Source: Lingula anatina (lineage: Eukaryota > Animalia > Brachiopoda). Taken from it: a stretch of 64,000 nt of DNA. Position numbers and translations under genes: made by a program. Under the pieces are notes generated by a model that saw nothing but the letters and a program-made list of their open reading frames with translations, was not told the origin of the DNA and made no database searches. The stretch covers positions 23,458,534-23,522,533 of the forward strand of contig CM120644.1 of the NCBI GenBank assembly GCA_051362555.1, given 5' to 3'. Below are positions 1 to 21,089 of this stretch, in pieces. Within the stretch, counting starts at the first letter, position 1. The number at the start of each line of letters is the position of its first letter.

Positions 1-1460
1 TGAACTTGAATAGGAAGTCATATACTGGCAATCTACATGTGACCTTAAAATTGACCTTTGACCTACTTTTCACCATGAACTGAACTTTGCAAATTTTGAG
101 TCCCTTTTATCTCCAAAACTGGCAGAGATAGGTCCATAGTCTCTATTGAAGTTGAATAGGAAGTCATATACTGGCAATCTAAATGTGACCTTAAAATTGA
201 CCTTTGACCTACTTTTCACCATGAACTGAACTTTGCAAATTTTGCTTCCCTTTTATCTCCAAAGTTACGCTGTATCAAAAAGTACATATTGGTGGTGAAA
301 GCAAAATGTGCAGTACGGTAATGGATAATAAATTTTGAACTCCGGAAAAATAAAACATAAGGCTTGGCAAAGCAGACAACTTGTGGTCAAAAATGACATT
401 ATTTCATCAAATTTGAACATCTGGAACTTCAGAGCACCTCCCATTTCAAGAATTTTGACCAAAACGACCTTTTCTTTATTTTAATTAATTTTTTCTGTAG
501 GAAATTTATGGCACATTATGGTAACTCCAAAATTATAACATTTAGTCCCTTATATCTCCAAAACTGGCAGAGATAGGTCCATAGTTACTATTGAAGTTGA
601 ATAGGAAGTCATATACTGGCAATCTGAATGTGACCTTAAAATTGACTTTTGACCTACTTTTCACCATGAACTGAACTTTGCAAATTTTGCTTCCCTTTTA
701 TCTCCAAAACTGGCAGAGATAGGTCCATAGTCTCTATTGAAGTTGAATAGGAAGTAATATACTGGCAATCTATATGTGACCTTAAAATTGACCTTTGGCC
801 TACTTTTCACCATGAACTGAACTTTGCAAATTTTGAGTCCCTTTTATCTCCAAAACTGGCAGAGATAGGTCCATAGTCTCTATTGAAGTTGAATAGGAAG
901 TCATATACTGGCAATCTAAAAGTGACCTTAAAATTGACCTTTGACCTACTTTTCACCATGAACTGAACTTTGCATATTTTGCTTCCCCTTTATCTCCAAA
1001 ACTGGCAGAGATAGGTCCATAGTTACTATTGAACGTGAATAGGAAGTCATATACTGGCAATCTAAGTGTGACCTTGAAATTGACCTTTGACCTACTTATT
1101 ATCATGAACTGAACTCTGCTAATTTCTTTCTCTTTTATCTCCAAACCTGGCAGAGGTAGGCCCATAGTTACTATTGAAGTTGAATAGGAAGTCATATACT
1201 GGCAATTTACTGTGACCTTGGAATTGACCTTTGACCTACCTTACGATGAACTTAACTTTGATTGTACCATTTTTAGTTATATATATATTTTTTGCATATT
1301 TTGAAAATTCTTGTTGATTGCATTTTTACAGCTTGTCAAGCACAAGACTGGTGGCTGTGTTCCTTATTTTGTATATGTGGGGGTCTATACAAATGCGCTT
1401 GCTCCAGCTGGTGGTACAATATTCGGAGGCGGTATCGCCTCTCTGATCCTCTAGTTTTTT
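1..1460 (+). mobile_element. 3' part of a non-autonomous Helitron/Helentron-type element carrying a ~142-bp tandem array
   Basis: ~142-bp units (tgaactgaactttgcaaatttt...gaataggaagtcatatactggcaatct...tgacctt) repeat from 1 to ~1260, interrupted at ~265-540. The element ends with hairpin GAGGCG-gtat-CGCCTC (1425-1440) followed by CTAG and a T-run (1450-1460), as in rolling-circle element 3' termini. Confidence 0.6.
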
Positions 1461-1479
1461 TTTTTATTTATTGATTTTA

Positions 1480-1862
1480 CAAGTGTCACCACTGTCTCAT
1501 TATCAGTTGTCACAATTGCCCTCCTTCATTGTGACATTATGTCTCTGTCACTGTCACAGACTCTTCATTGTGCCAGAAATGTTTGTCATTTTGTGATTGT
1601 CTTCATTGTGCAACATTGTCCACATTGTGTCATAATTTCCACATTGTTTCATTATGTTCTCATTATGTCACATTGTCTTCATTGTGTAATATTGTCCTCA
1701 TTGTGTCATATTGCCCTCAATTTGTCACACTGGCCTCATGTCACATTGTCCTTATGTCACATTCTCCCCATTGTGTCACTGTGTCCACATTGTGTCACAT
1801 TGACCTCATTGTGTCACACTGTCATCATTATGTCACATTGTCCTCATTGTGTCATATTGCCC
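1480..1862. repeat. Degenerate ~19-bp minisatellite (cattgtgtcacattgtcct-like) in an intron
   Basis: Recurrent cattgtgtca/cacattgtcct motifs. It generates the Cys/His-rich spurious ORFs 1539-2006 (N-terminal part) and 1568-1882. Confidence 0.75.
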
Positions 1863-1871
1863 TCCTTCCAG

Positions 1872-3602
1872 GGACCCAGTGAGGACCCAGGTATCAACCA
1901 GAGAGGACTGATGGAGCTGTTCAGGGAGACTGCTGACAGGGCTCTGGAGTGGCAGTATGACATCACAGTCAGTATAATGGAGATCTACAATGAAATGATC
2001 AGGTAAAGTGTGACATCACAGTCAGTGTGATGGAGATCTACAATGAAATGATCGGGTAAAGTGTGACATCACAGTCAGTGTGATGGAGATCTTCAATGAA
2101 ATGATCAGGTAAAGTGTGACATCACAGTCAGTGTGATGGAGATCTACAATGAAATGATCAGGTAAAGTGTGACATCACAGTCAGTGTGATGGAGATCTAC
2201 AATGAAATGATCAGGTAATGTGTGACATCACAGTCAGTGTGATGGAGATCTACAATTGATCAGGTAAAGTTGTGATGTCACAGTCAGTGTGATGGAGATG
2301 TACAATGAAATGATCAGTTAAAGTGTGACATCACAGTCAGTGTGATGGAGATCTACAATGAAATGATCAGGTAAAGTGTGACATCACAGTCAGTGTGATG
2401 GAGATCTACAATGAAATGATCAGGTAAAGTGTGATGTCACAGTCAGTGTGATGGAGATCTACAATGAAATGATCAGGTAAAGTGTGACATCACAGTCAGT
2501 GTGATGGAGATCTACAATGAAATGATCAGGTAAAGTGTGATGTCACAGTCAGTTTGATGGAGATCTACAGTAGCACTACTATTTTCTGGTAATTGACTGA
2601 TAAATTATGCGTTGGAGTATAGTAAAAAACATTGGTCTGGATTTATCTGGAATTTAGCAGTAAGATTTATTTCATTGATCATATATGTCATCTAGCTCCT
2701 TAAATATGATACTTTACATAGGCACGACTCTAGAACAATATCAGTAATTAAATATATTATATAAAGTCCATGTTAAATATTTATATAAATTAAAAAGTAT
2801 ATATAATTAATGTGATATAAATATGAATTTTATTAAATATCAGATACTTGTTGAGTTCTTAGCCCATCTATGAAACAGATGTAAAGACGATCAGTCCCAA
2901 ATCTGGTAGATAACAGTATAACATACAATATGATTTTAATGTTATCAACCCCCAGAGACCTTTTGAGTTCTGACCCCAGCTACAAGATGGAGGTGAAGAT
3001 GAGCCCCGAGGGGGGTCTGTATGTCCCAGGGCTGACCACCATCAGGGTCCAGTCTGTGGAGGACATTAATGAGGTGAGGACATCGACTAAGTTACCATGC
3101 CAACATGATATAAGGTGCTTTGGTCACACATTTATGGAATTGCAATCTGTACAAACATAAGCACGTGCTCGTCCATATATTTTGGTATATTGTCCTTCTG
3201 GCTGAAAAGACTAAAATTTATTGGCATGCACATATAGACAGATGGACAGCACGCACACGTGCACACACACTCGCATGCACTGTTTTAAATGAAATGTGTG
3301 CATGGATTGGAAAAGTTGGTTATCGATCTTTAAAAGCATCAAAATGACAATTAAAAATGTGTATATTATAGTATTTCACACCAGTACTTTGCCATCTTCA
3401 TCAATAGCAGACAGCCTGTTGTTTTAAAAGACTTCCTGTGAGAGTGTATATCTTGTTCCTTTCAGACCTTTGCCCTAGGACACAGGAACAGAGCAACAGC
3501 ATGCACGAACATGAATGAGCACTCCTCACTCCTCCCGCTCGCATGCTCTGCTCTGTGTGAACGTGATTGGGAGGAACAAAACTACTGGAGCCAAGACTGT
3601 GG
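1872..3602 (+). pseudogene. KIFC3: KIFC3-like kinesin-14 motor-domain fragment (3 exons), frameshifted and 3'-truncated
   Basis: AG/GT-bounded, phase-compatible exons: 1872-2002 (GPSEDPGINQRGLMELF...VSIMEIYNEMIR), 2956-3073 (DLLSSDPSYKMEVKMSPEGGLYVPGLT...EDINE) and 3466-3602 (TFALGHRNRATACTNMNEHSSRSHALLCV...). A 7-bp duplication CACTCCT in exon 3 breaks the frame in NEHSSRSH. No LVDLAGSE exon follows in the window. Confidence 0.8.
1958..2569 (+). repeat. 53-bp tandem repeat (~11 copies) derived from the kinesin exon end plus splice donor
   Basis: Unit tgacatcacagtcagtgtgatggagatctacaatgaaatgatcaggtaaagtg, with starts at 2011, 2064 etc. The first copy is the coding end of exon 1872-2002. Confidence 0.95.
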
Positions 3603-3671
3603 GTGAGTAGAAATGGTAAAATCAATAAAAATAGATATAAAACAATCCTTTATTTCAGATACACAGCTCTG

Positions 3672-5453
3672 TTTTTTTTATGTACAGACACAGATGTGTC
3701 TGTACATATTTCCATCACCTGCGTCTGTCGTCGCCAGCGCCGTGCACTTTCCTTGTAAACACGATAAGTGGAAGGCAGTTTTACTTTTTGGCTTTATATT
3801 TACAGAGCTGATGAATATTCATAAAACGCAGGTCAAGTTCGAAAATCAGCATGATCGGGTCATTATTGTAGAAGTTATGCTGTTTTTTCACTTTTCAGCA
3901 TATATGCAACACTGTAAACACATTTCAAGGAAAACCGATAGGCCTGTTGTCATGAAACTTACAGGTGTAATCGATCTTACTAAAACGCAGGTCAAGTTAA
4001 AAAAATTGGCATGATCGGGCCACAATTTTAGTAGTTATGCTCTTTTTTTTTTTCACTTTTCAGCATATATGCAACACTGTAAACACAATATAAGAAAAAC
4101 AGATAGGCCAATTGTCATTAAACTCACAGGAGTGGTCAATCCTGTTAAAACGCAGGTTGAGTTAAAAAAATCAGCATAAACGGGCCATTATTTTAGAAGT
4201 TATGCTGTTTTTTCACATTTCCTCAGATTCAATTCTTAGGCATGTTAACAGTTTCATTATTTAATTAATAAGATATGTAAAAGTGTTTGTTTGACATTTC
4301 CTGCATCTTTACAACATTGTTAGTTGATTTTGTAAAAATGATGGTAAACTTGTTGTCGTGTATTATGTAATAAAGTTTCAAAAATGGAAATAAACTCATA
4401 TCATTGCAGTTTGTCAGATTCAATCATTCACTATGTTCAGAATCTCAGAATGGAAGAAATTGGACATTTAACACTGCTCTATTGATATTTTTCCCATCTC
4501 ATCAATTTTCTTAGTTGATCATATAAAAACAGTAGTAAACTGTTAATTTTGTTTTATGTTAGAAATTGTTAAAACTGGAAAAAAAAACATTTCAGAACAT
4601 TGCTGTCTTGTTTACATTTTGGCATTTTCAAGTTGTGACTTTGAAGTTCCATCAGCCTGAAGACCTTTGCTAGTCACATTTTCTGAATATCCATAATACT
4701 AATATTTTATTATTAAAATTGATGATCATTATGCTGTTAAACATTATGTAATATTGCATCAAAATTTGAAAAAAAAAATATTTTGGGCACTGCTCCCATG
4801 ATGACCATTTAAGAAAAAACATGTCACTTACTGTTCTCAAACTTACAGGAAAGAAACATGGGACTAAAATACAGCTTCAGTAGGCAATGCAGTCTGTCTG
4901 GTAATTCTTACTGCCAGTTAAACTTTTTTTTTTTTTTTTTTGTGAAAATTTAATTTTTCACATATTTTCAAGGTGTGACTTTGAAGTTCCACGGGCTTGA
5001 AGACCCATGCTAGTCACATTTTCTGAAAATCCATGATACGTATATTTTATTATTAAAAATTAACAGTCATTATGCTGTTAACCATTATGTCATATGGCAT
5101 CAGAATAGAAGAAAACACAATTTTGGGTGCTGCTGCCATGATGACCATTATGGGAAAACCATGTTACTTATGATTGCCAAACTTTCAAAAAAGAAATACA
5201 GGACTAAAATGCAGCCTGAGTTGGAAAAACAGTCTAATTGGCTTCTTTTTCTGGAAGTTATATATTTTCAAAGTGTGAACTTGTTACACATTTTACTTAC
5301 ATTGGTATTACCTGTTGAGCATAATTAAAATTTGATGTTGAATTTGCAGTTTAACATAATGTACTTTTGCATCAGAATTGACAGTAGCCTATTTTGTGCA
5401 TAGTTATTTCCTGTTTTTTGTCTGTACATTTGACAGCTTTGCTGCCTTGTTTT
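3672..5453 (+). mobile_element. HINE/DINE-1-like non-autonomous Helentron, copy A
   Basis: T-run, then subTIR+IR palindrome ATGTACAGACAC-agat-GTGTCTGTACAT (3680-3707) and a GTC-rich tract. The 3' end has subTIR TGTCTGTACAT (5419-5429), hairpin GACAGC-ttt-GCTGCC and a T-run. No TSD. The same internal blocks recur at 24.1-27.5, 32.8-37.7 and 59.3-61.4 kb. Confidence 0.8.
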
Positions 5454-5732
5454 AAAATTAGATTGCAAATTACCTGAGCTTATAAATGGTATAAATTACA
5501 CATTGCTAAAAGAGAGATTTGAAAGGGATGTCATATATGCGACCTGTGATCAGGCTGGTCACAGTTTTGCCAGCACTGCAGCTAGACAGTGGTTACTGTG
5601 GCACCCCTGGCGCATTGTGATATGTATACCTATTATAGATTGCATTAATTCTGAAAAAATAATTTGATATTTCTCCTTATAGTTATTATGACTTTCTGAA
5701 CACAAATATGCCCTTTTTTAGGAAACTCTGCT

Positions 5733-5753
5733 TCTCTCTCTCCCTCCCCTCTA

Positions 5754-5792
<39 letters not shown>
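5733..5792. repeat. (CT)n microsatellite
   Basis: Direct observation. Confidence 0.9.
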
Positions 5793-5795
<3 letters not shown>

Positions 5796-6248
5796 GAAAT
5801 TGGAATATTCCAAGTGCATTATGTCTGATATTCCCATCATGATATGCATATTATAATATTTAAAATGCCTGATTGCCAATATTGTAACTTATCATACTCG
5901 TTATATAATAAATAATCATAACAATAATGTTCATTTGCAACCAAAATACCAGTAGTCAGATTGTAAAACTATTAATTGTTATATTCACTTGATAAGAATA
6001 AGATAAATAAAATTGTTAATTGTTTTTAAAAAGTGCTTAGGTGAAATAAAACATTTATTATTTATTTAACTATATTTATTGATGGTAAAATGGTAGGTCT
6101 ATGTAAACTTTATCTTCTCCGGGGCCCTCATGAGGCTAGTAAAAGTACACAAATAAAACCTCCATTAAATTAGTGAAAAATATAAAGTATTGTATTGACT
6201 AATAAATCATACATTGTCCAAATTGTTTCCATTGTCTAAAGACAGTAA

Positions 6249-14704
<8,456 letters not shown>

Positions 14705-17134
14705 GGAAGATGACAAAAATAACAAATGAAACGTGGCAGAATAAGACATCCTTTTCTGTAAGGGAAAGGAGGTAAAAGAACCCTGAAGGAATGACGAAAT
14801 TGTAAAAGAGAGTTGAAAACATATGGCTTTTATTTTTATTTTATTTATTTATTTATTTATTTATTAGGAATGTTAGTTTTCAGCTAATATGCATATGCAA
14901 AGAGGATGACCATTAAAACTGGTTCAGAAAAATGTATATAAGTGCATAAGGTTATTTTGTACAAAAGAAAAAAAAAGTGCAGAAGTGACATTTTCAACTA
15001 CATTCTGATGGTAGTGCTGAAGACATTGAAAGCAAAATGTGACTACTGTATATGTCATTATGTATATAAAAGTACACAATACCTGCAAAGCCTCAAGGAT
15101 ATACAATACAGCAGTACATATTATATATGCTGGTCTGTAAAATAAAATATTCCAGGTAAATTAGGTGAGTGGCAGTCATGCTTTAGTCTTTTTGTCTGGT
15201 TTTTGGTAAGATTTATTGGTTATTTAATCTGCAGTGTGATATTTTAAAGAAGAACTTAATAGTAACACAGTTCAAAAGTTTATTTGTAAGCAAACAGGGC
15301 ATTAAATTAAACGTTGTCTGTTTACAAACTTAAAGGAAGTCATTTTACATTGAAGTGTTTGGTTTAGATACAGATCAAAAAGGGCGCACGTATTTTGAAT
15401 ATGTAAACAAGATTTAGATAAAATGCAAGTTTGAAATGGTTGGTCATTTAGTTTGAAAATTGTAATATCCTATTCTCTGAAAAGAGAAGAGTCTGGTGTC
15501 AATGCAGCTGTTGTAATAATTAATTCATTATGAGTATAATATGATTTTGACTAGAAACCAGATAGTTCTCCATTTTCCCCTGATGAACATGGTATATTTA
15601 AAGTACAGAAAACCACAAATGGGATAGTTTATATCTTACTGGCTATAAGAATCGGAGGTAGAAATATATATATAAATGGATGTACCATTTATTGCAAGCA
15701 CAGGTACCTATCGTACCACATGTATGTGAGCGTTTTCAGGATTTTGGCTGTCAGTGTGAGTACATTAAATTGGAGAAAATAGACATAGATAGACAAAGCT
15801 CTTTATTTGACTGTCTCTGTAGATATTCAGAAGTTTCAATTTAAGATTGTCCAAAGGCGAGCAGCAGTGCATATAATTCCTAAGGTTCAAAGACCTGATT
15901 GTATTGGTATGTGTAATTCATTTATCAGTTGTTTGTGATTGTACATAAATTTGTGGAGTTTTGTATTGTTAGAATGTATTATACATGTAAATCCTTATTG
16001 GTAATTACCAAACAGCAGTGTGAATATGATAATCCTATAGTGTAAACACTGCATATTGAACATGACAAACATTGATTTCATTTATATCATAAGTAAAGCC
16101 ATAACATGGTCAATATTCAGGAACTTCTGGATACAGTGAATAGTTTTCTGATGGAGAAGAAGGTGAATATACATGTAATTGTAGATCTCACTGCCGCACA
16201 GAGGCGCAAATGATTTATGATAATTTTGTTGATTTTATATAAAATATTCAAACACTTATGATAAAGATGTATGTTTTGTTGACAATTTTGTGTCCATCTT
16301 ACAGAATATGTCTATTAAAATGCTCTTTCAGGGTTTTTTGTTTTAAAAGCTTAGGGAATGGATTAACAAGTGTCTCAAATTTGTCAATAAATTTGGTCTT
16401 ATACATAACCCTTAGACTGTGATGAAATGAGCATGGCTACCCAAGTTATTTATTTTTATTTTATTTATTTTTTGCTTTGTATATTGATTTATCAATTTTC
16501 CATTGAAACGCTTTTCATACTGGATTCTTGTGTGTGTATGTAGACATGTACACTATTGGTCAAAAATTGTGTCCTAACTCGAGTTCCATGACATGGCATG
16601 TGTTTTTGTTTACATATGATCATCTCACAGCTGTAAACCATTTTAAATATTTCTTAAAGTCCATTTACCATACCTAATTTGACGTGCGGTACAGAAAGTA
16701 CAAAATGTCGATCTATATTATATACCATTTATTCAAGTTTAGAGCATACGCTCCTCAAATCTGACGTTCCACTGTCATTTCCATTAAGCAAAAAAAGACC
16801 AGCAAAATTAAAAATATGCCACCAGATACACACACGATTAGCTTGAGCATACAATCCTCTGGCTCAGTTCATTTATGAGAACAGTAAATACATCATTACC
16901 AAAATCACGAAGCATGCAATTGGTATAAAGATTGCTGTTGCGCTTTCTTCCAGTCCAAAAGGAGTTTCTTACTTTTCCCTCAGTCGGCGTCAGAATGAGG
17001 CAAAAATGACGCGAACGATCCTGTGTTTGTGTGAGCGCACGATTGCGTGGAACATCTACGGGGGAGACGAGAGAGAGAGAGGTAACAAGAGACCAGCTCA
17101 ATGCTGAGAGTCCATGTAGTACTACTGTGAGTAC

Positions 17135-17353
17135 AGCCCCCTTTACACTGGACGGCGTCCTTTCTGCTTCCGTTAGAACGGCCCCGTTTGAGAGCAAATA
17201 AAACCATTACTTCTGTGCCGACAACTGATCGATCACTGAGGATTCAATCTGTAGCCAAAGCGATGCTTATGCCTCTTCTCTACGACCATATCGATGCCAG
17301 TTACATAGTCCACAAAGGACGCAGAAAGGACGCCGTCTAGTGTGAAAGGGGCT
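17135..17353. mobile_element. MITE, PIF/Harbinger-like
   Basis: ~33-bp imperfect TIRs agccccctttacactggacggcgtcctttctgc / gcagaaaggacgccgtctagtgtgaaaggggct. Flanks are tac/taa (degenerate TWA-type TSD). Confidence 0.65.
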
Positions 17354-19377
17354 TAAAAAACGGAATACATTTCAAAAATTTTTAGAGGGCGAGGGGGCAT
17401 GTCTCCAGTTTAACTTCCAGGCACCAGGACACCGCAGTATATATATCTACCTCACCATGACATGTTGCGGGCCATGTTGACTGTTGACTTCCCGAAAAAC
17501 GCGGGATATCCAACATGACAGACAGCAATCAACATCGACAATTTTGATCGTAGTAGTAGTACAATTTTATTATTACTGTATCAAAGGGATTGAACTCTCA
17601 AGATGAAAGTAAGCCGAGTTAACTGATAACCCTTTTGATTCTTTCACACAGAGTATGCTTAAAATAGATCAAAATAAGTGAATCAAGTGACATGCCTTGG
17701 CTATCTTCATCCCAAATGTGTCCATAAAATGTAAAATGTAGCACAGCTGATCTTACTTAAGCCCCGATTATATAGTGAACCTTTCGATGCATGTAAATTA
17801 CTTGGAGTTACTGTTGCACACATATTGATCCCATTTACATAAATAGAATAAAATGTGAATAGTGTACAGTATAAAGTAAAATTTCGTTTTTAACTGAAGA
17901 TGTGAGGTTGTTTGTTATGCTTTTCTGTGCACGTGAAGTGAAAGACTTCACTCGGATTTGGAATCACGTCGGAGCCCTTCGTTGACGAAATGGCGTCTCA
18001 GTATACGCATCTTATAAGTTATAATATAACTAAATTTAGTGATAGCCACGCTATGATCAAGGCACAAACAGTAGGAATTTTACTTTTTAAATTTTAAATT
18101 AAAATTTTACCGCCCAGTTTCACTCACACACATACATAGAACTACTTGGCATTAGTATATACTCAGAGAACTTGGGTGGGCATCGACCCTAAGAACCCAA
18201 GTCACTCACGCGCCATTGGTCAATTAAGTTATAAAGTTCATTGATATATCCCACTGTTTTCAGACTAACTTACTTCCAGCTTGTTCCTACTTGTACAATA
18301 TACATATTTTATTTCAGTTATATTTTTGTAGTTTTCTGTGAGGTGAAAATACCCAAGCTATCAGAAGCGATAGAAGTGACCACTATAAGATCACATACCT
18401 AAGTAAGCATCAATATATATATATACCCCATTCAACTTTTGGATGTCTTAATTCAATGGGCTTCTCTATGTAAAACATCCTCCGTAAGTATGGCGCGGTC
18501 GCAAAGGGGCAAAATGACTCGATATAATTTTGTGGGAAAAATGACTCGTTTCAGGAAATAAACAGTTCAACTTATGCTTTACTACTAAACAATGTGTTAT
18601 TATTATGTTTAAGTGCCGTAGCACAAGATAATCCTTAAATAATCACAAGTTACCCTACACCGGTCTGATACGAACTGTCCAAGATACATATTCATTTCTA
18701 AAAAGATGGTATCCTACCTTTAGCTTTCTATAATGCTGTCAGTTCAGCTAAGGGTGGGAGGGGGGGGGGGGGATAAAGTCAGCAGCTGTTAACACTAAAA
18801 ATGTATTCACACTATCGTGTATATCCTGAAAGTAATAATTATAATAATAAAAACTATATTTAAAGAACGTGAAACATGTTGCACATGGCCCTCAATACAA
18901 GCAGTGAACGAAGTTTTTAAACAAACAAATGACAGACGAAAACATTGCTTCCATACTATGTAACTACAGAAGGCAAAAAAATTAAATCAAGTACATAAAG
19001 CTAGCAAACAGATCAATAAATAAAGTAGATAAAAAATAAAGTTGTATGGAAAGCTGTATAGACTTTACCATCTAACCCAATGCAGTACTCAACATGACAG
19101 TAGTAATATAAATTTTTCCACAAAAAATTTCCACAAATCTCAACGCGTCTTACAGTAAGTAAATTAAATTAATATGAACACTACCAAAAATTATATTGAA
19201 AATACAAAGAAAGAAATAATCTCATACAGCAACAACACTGGGTTAAAAAATATCAGACAGTAAAAAATATAAAAGATATGCGTCTTTAAAAAATTGTTTA
19301 AAAAAATACGTCTTGTTGTACTTTCATCATCATATCAGAGATACCCATACTAATATTAAAACTTTGAAAAGCCATGC

Positions 19378-20721
19378 CTACGTTGGTGTAATCAGTGAAT
19401 ACTTTTTATCGACCTGAAGCATTTTATAAATTCGATCACATGCCACGGTGGTATTTTTCTCGCCAAATATGGGGAATCCATGCGATTTGTAATACGACAA
19501 CAATCGGTTCACATCCTGGTAGTGTCTTTCTTGAGCCTTCATACAGCCCGGGTGCCAGGTCCAGTCGGTGAACTCAAAATTAAACAGGTCTCTTTGAATG
19601 ACGCTCCTACTGAAAAATCTACAGTGATTCGGGCACATTTCGAAGCCACCGGAATAGCAAATCCCCATCAGAAGAGCTTGAGGGTAGTAAGTTTCCCTGT
19701 CGTACGGTGTTTTCAACAGTTCCTGTTTGGGTACTGTCTGATATTTCCAATGCATTGAAGTTCTAGCGATGGGGGATAGTTCCTCCGTGGTAAAATTTTC
19801 TTTGTAAGTTTTGAGAGGTGCTCTCCCGGGGAGTTCGGTTTTGAAGTCTCCGTTTGGGCGCATTTGGATGCGAAAGATGTATTCCTTGCGATGGAGAGTG
19901 TATATACACTGACACATTATGCTGAATTGAGAAAAGAGATTGTCGACTGATATTTCTTTAATGATTGCATCGAAAGATTTCTTATGTAACCGCTCCAAGT
20001 AATGGCGACATTCAACAACATGTTTTACTTTTATGATGACAGGAAAGTATGACATGCATTTCATGACTTCTCCAGTCCCGAATAAATTGTAATGCTTCAT
20101 TGTTGTCATTCCCCATTCTTTCGTCAGAAACTGGCCAATGACGCCGACCACGATAGGTTTGCCGTCTCTGAAAAGGTCTTCCGGCGTAACAACCGTAACG
20201 AACAGAGTGTCTGTATCCACGTAGCCAACGTACTCGGCCTTGGTGTAATTTTCGGGATAAAACATCGACCGCTGCATACGGCTTGGCCCTCGATGGTTGT
20301 ATATTTCTGGGTAGGGGTCTTCAAAGAAAACCTTCGGAAAAGGCGGGCTGTCTCTTATCGTTGCTTCCAACGCATGGTCCTCTTTCGATTCATTGTCTAA
20401 GATAACCATCACACGAATGTGACGCGGCCAGAAAAGCATCAAGCTGGGTTTGAAGATCTTCTCGTAAAGATGATGATGTTTGTGGTACATGCGAAGGAAC
20501 AGTTCAAGCGTCGGAACAGAGTTCCAGACACCTGGGATATTGGAGTTAGACCCGCTAGCACTAGTACCTGCCGGCGCCCCTTCATCCACGACGTGGCTTG
20601 GTCCTCCGGAGAGACTTTGGAGCGGGGACGTTGTTTTCTTATGCATTGTTATTAACAATACCATAATGCCCCCTATCGCCACACCGATACATATATACCT
20701 TATTAGTAGCGTACTTCTCAT
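19378..20721 (-). CDS. Intronless type II membrane protein, putative GT-A glycosyltransferase
   Basis: 447-aa uninterrupted ORF with an N-terminal signal-anchor (YICIGVAIGGIMVLLITM), a Ser/Gly/Pro stem, and hydrophobic strand + DxD (YVGYVDTDTLFV). The family is not recognised with certainty. Confidence 0.65.
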   Translation of the reverse strand: MRSTLLIRYICIGVAIGGIMVLLITMHKKTTSPLQSLSGGPSHVVDEGAPAGTSASGSNSNIPGVWNSVPTLELFLRMYHKHHHLYEKIFKPSLMLFWPRHIRVMVILDNESKEDHALEATIRDSPPFPKVFFEDPYPEIYNHRGPSRMQRSMFYPENYTKAEYVGYVDTDTLFVTVVTPEDLFRDGKPIVVGVIGQFLTKEWGMTTMKHYNLFGTGEVMKCMSYFPVIIKVKHVVECRHYLERLHKKSFDAIIKEISVDNLFSQFSIMCQCIYTLHRKEYIFRIQMRPNGDFKTELPGRAPLKTYKENFTTEELSPIARTSMHWKYQTVPKQELLKTPYDRETYYPQALLMGICYSGGFEMCPNHCRFFSRSVIQRDLFNFEFTDWTWHPGCMKAQERHYQDVNRLLSYYKSHGFPIFGEKNTTVACDRIYKMLQVDKKYSLITPT

Positions 20722-20874
20722 GACTGTACATGTGGTTTCATTTCAAAACAGCAGAGCGTTTTTTGTAGCAATACCTGAGTACACCAGTCGAAAAGTCACT
20801 GCAAATTATAAACAGATCGCTAGATGTCCACCTTTCCAAAGAGAATGTTGACACGGCTTACACACGTTCGGGGG

Positions 20875-21089
20875 TCACCTTGACTGGTCGGTGAACGGGT
20901 GTCGTAAAATCGTCCTATTATTAATAAACCGGGTGCATCAACCTGAAAAAACTATAATAAAATAACTGTCATTCTATTATGCCAAAGCACATTTTAAAAA
21001 CACCAAATTCGATAGCAGCATTCAAAACGTAATAATAAAATAAACATTTGGTTATCTTACGACACTCGTTTACCGACAAGTCAAGGTGA
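20875..21089. mobile_element. MITE-like element with ~36-bp TIRs
   Basis: tcaccttgactggtcggtgaacgggtgtcgtaaaat (20875-20910) matches the reverse complement of atcttacgacactcgtttaccgacaagtcaaggtga (21054-21089). AT-rich interior; TSD unclear. Confidence 0.7.

Noticed and set aside
1539-1882. Cys/His-rich metal-binding ORFs
   Set aside because: Translation of a degenerate minisatellite; only the part after the acceptor at 1871 is coding.
1958-2569. CRISPR-like array
   Set aside because: Units are contiguous with no unique spacers; eukaryotic context; derived from an exon end.
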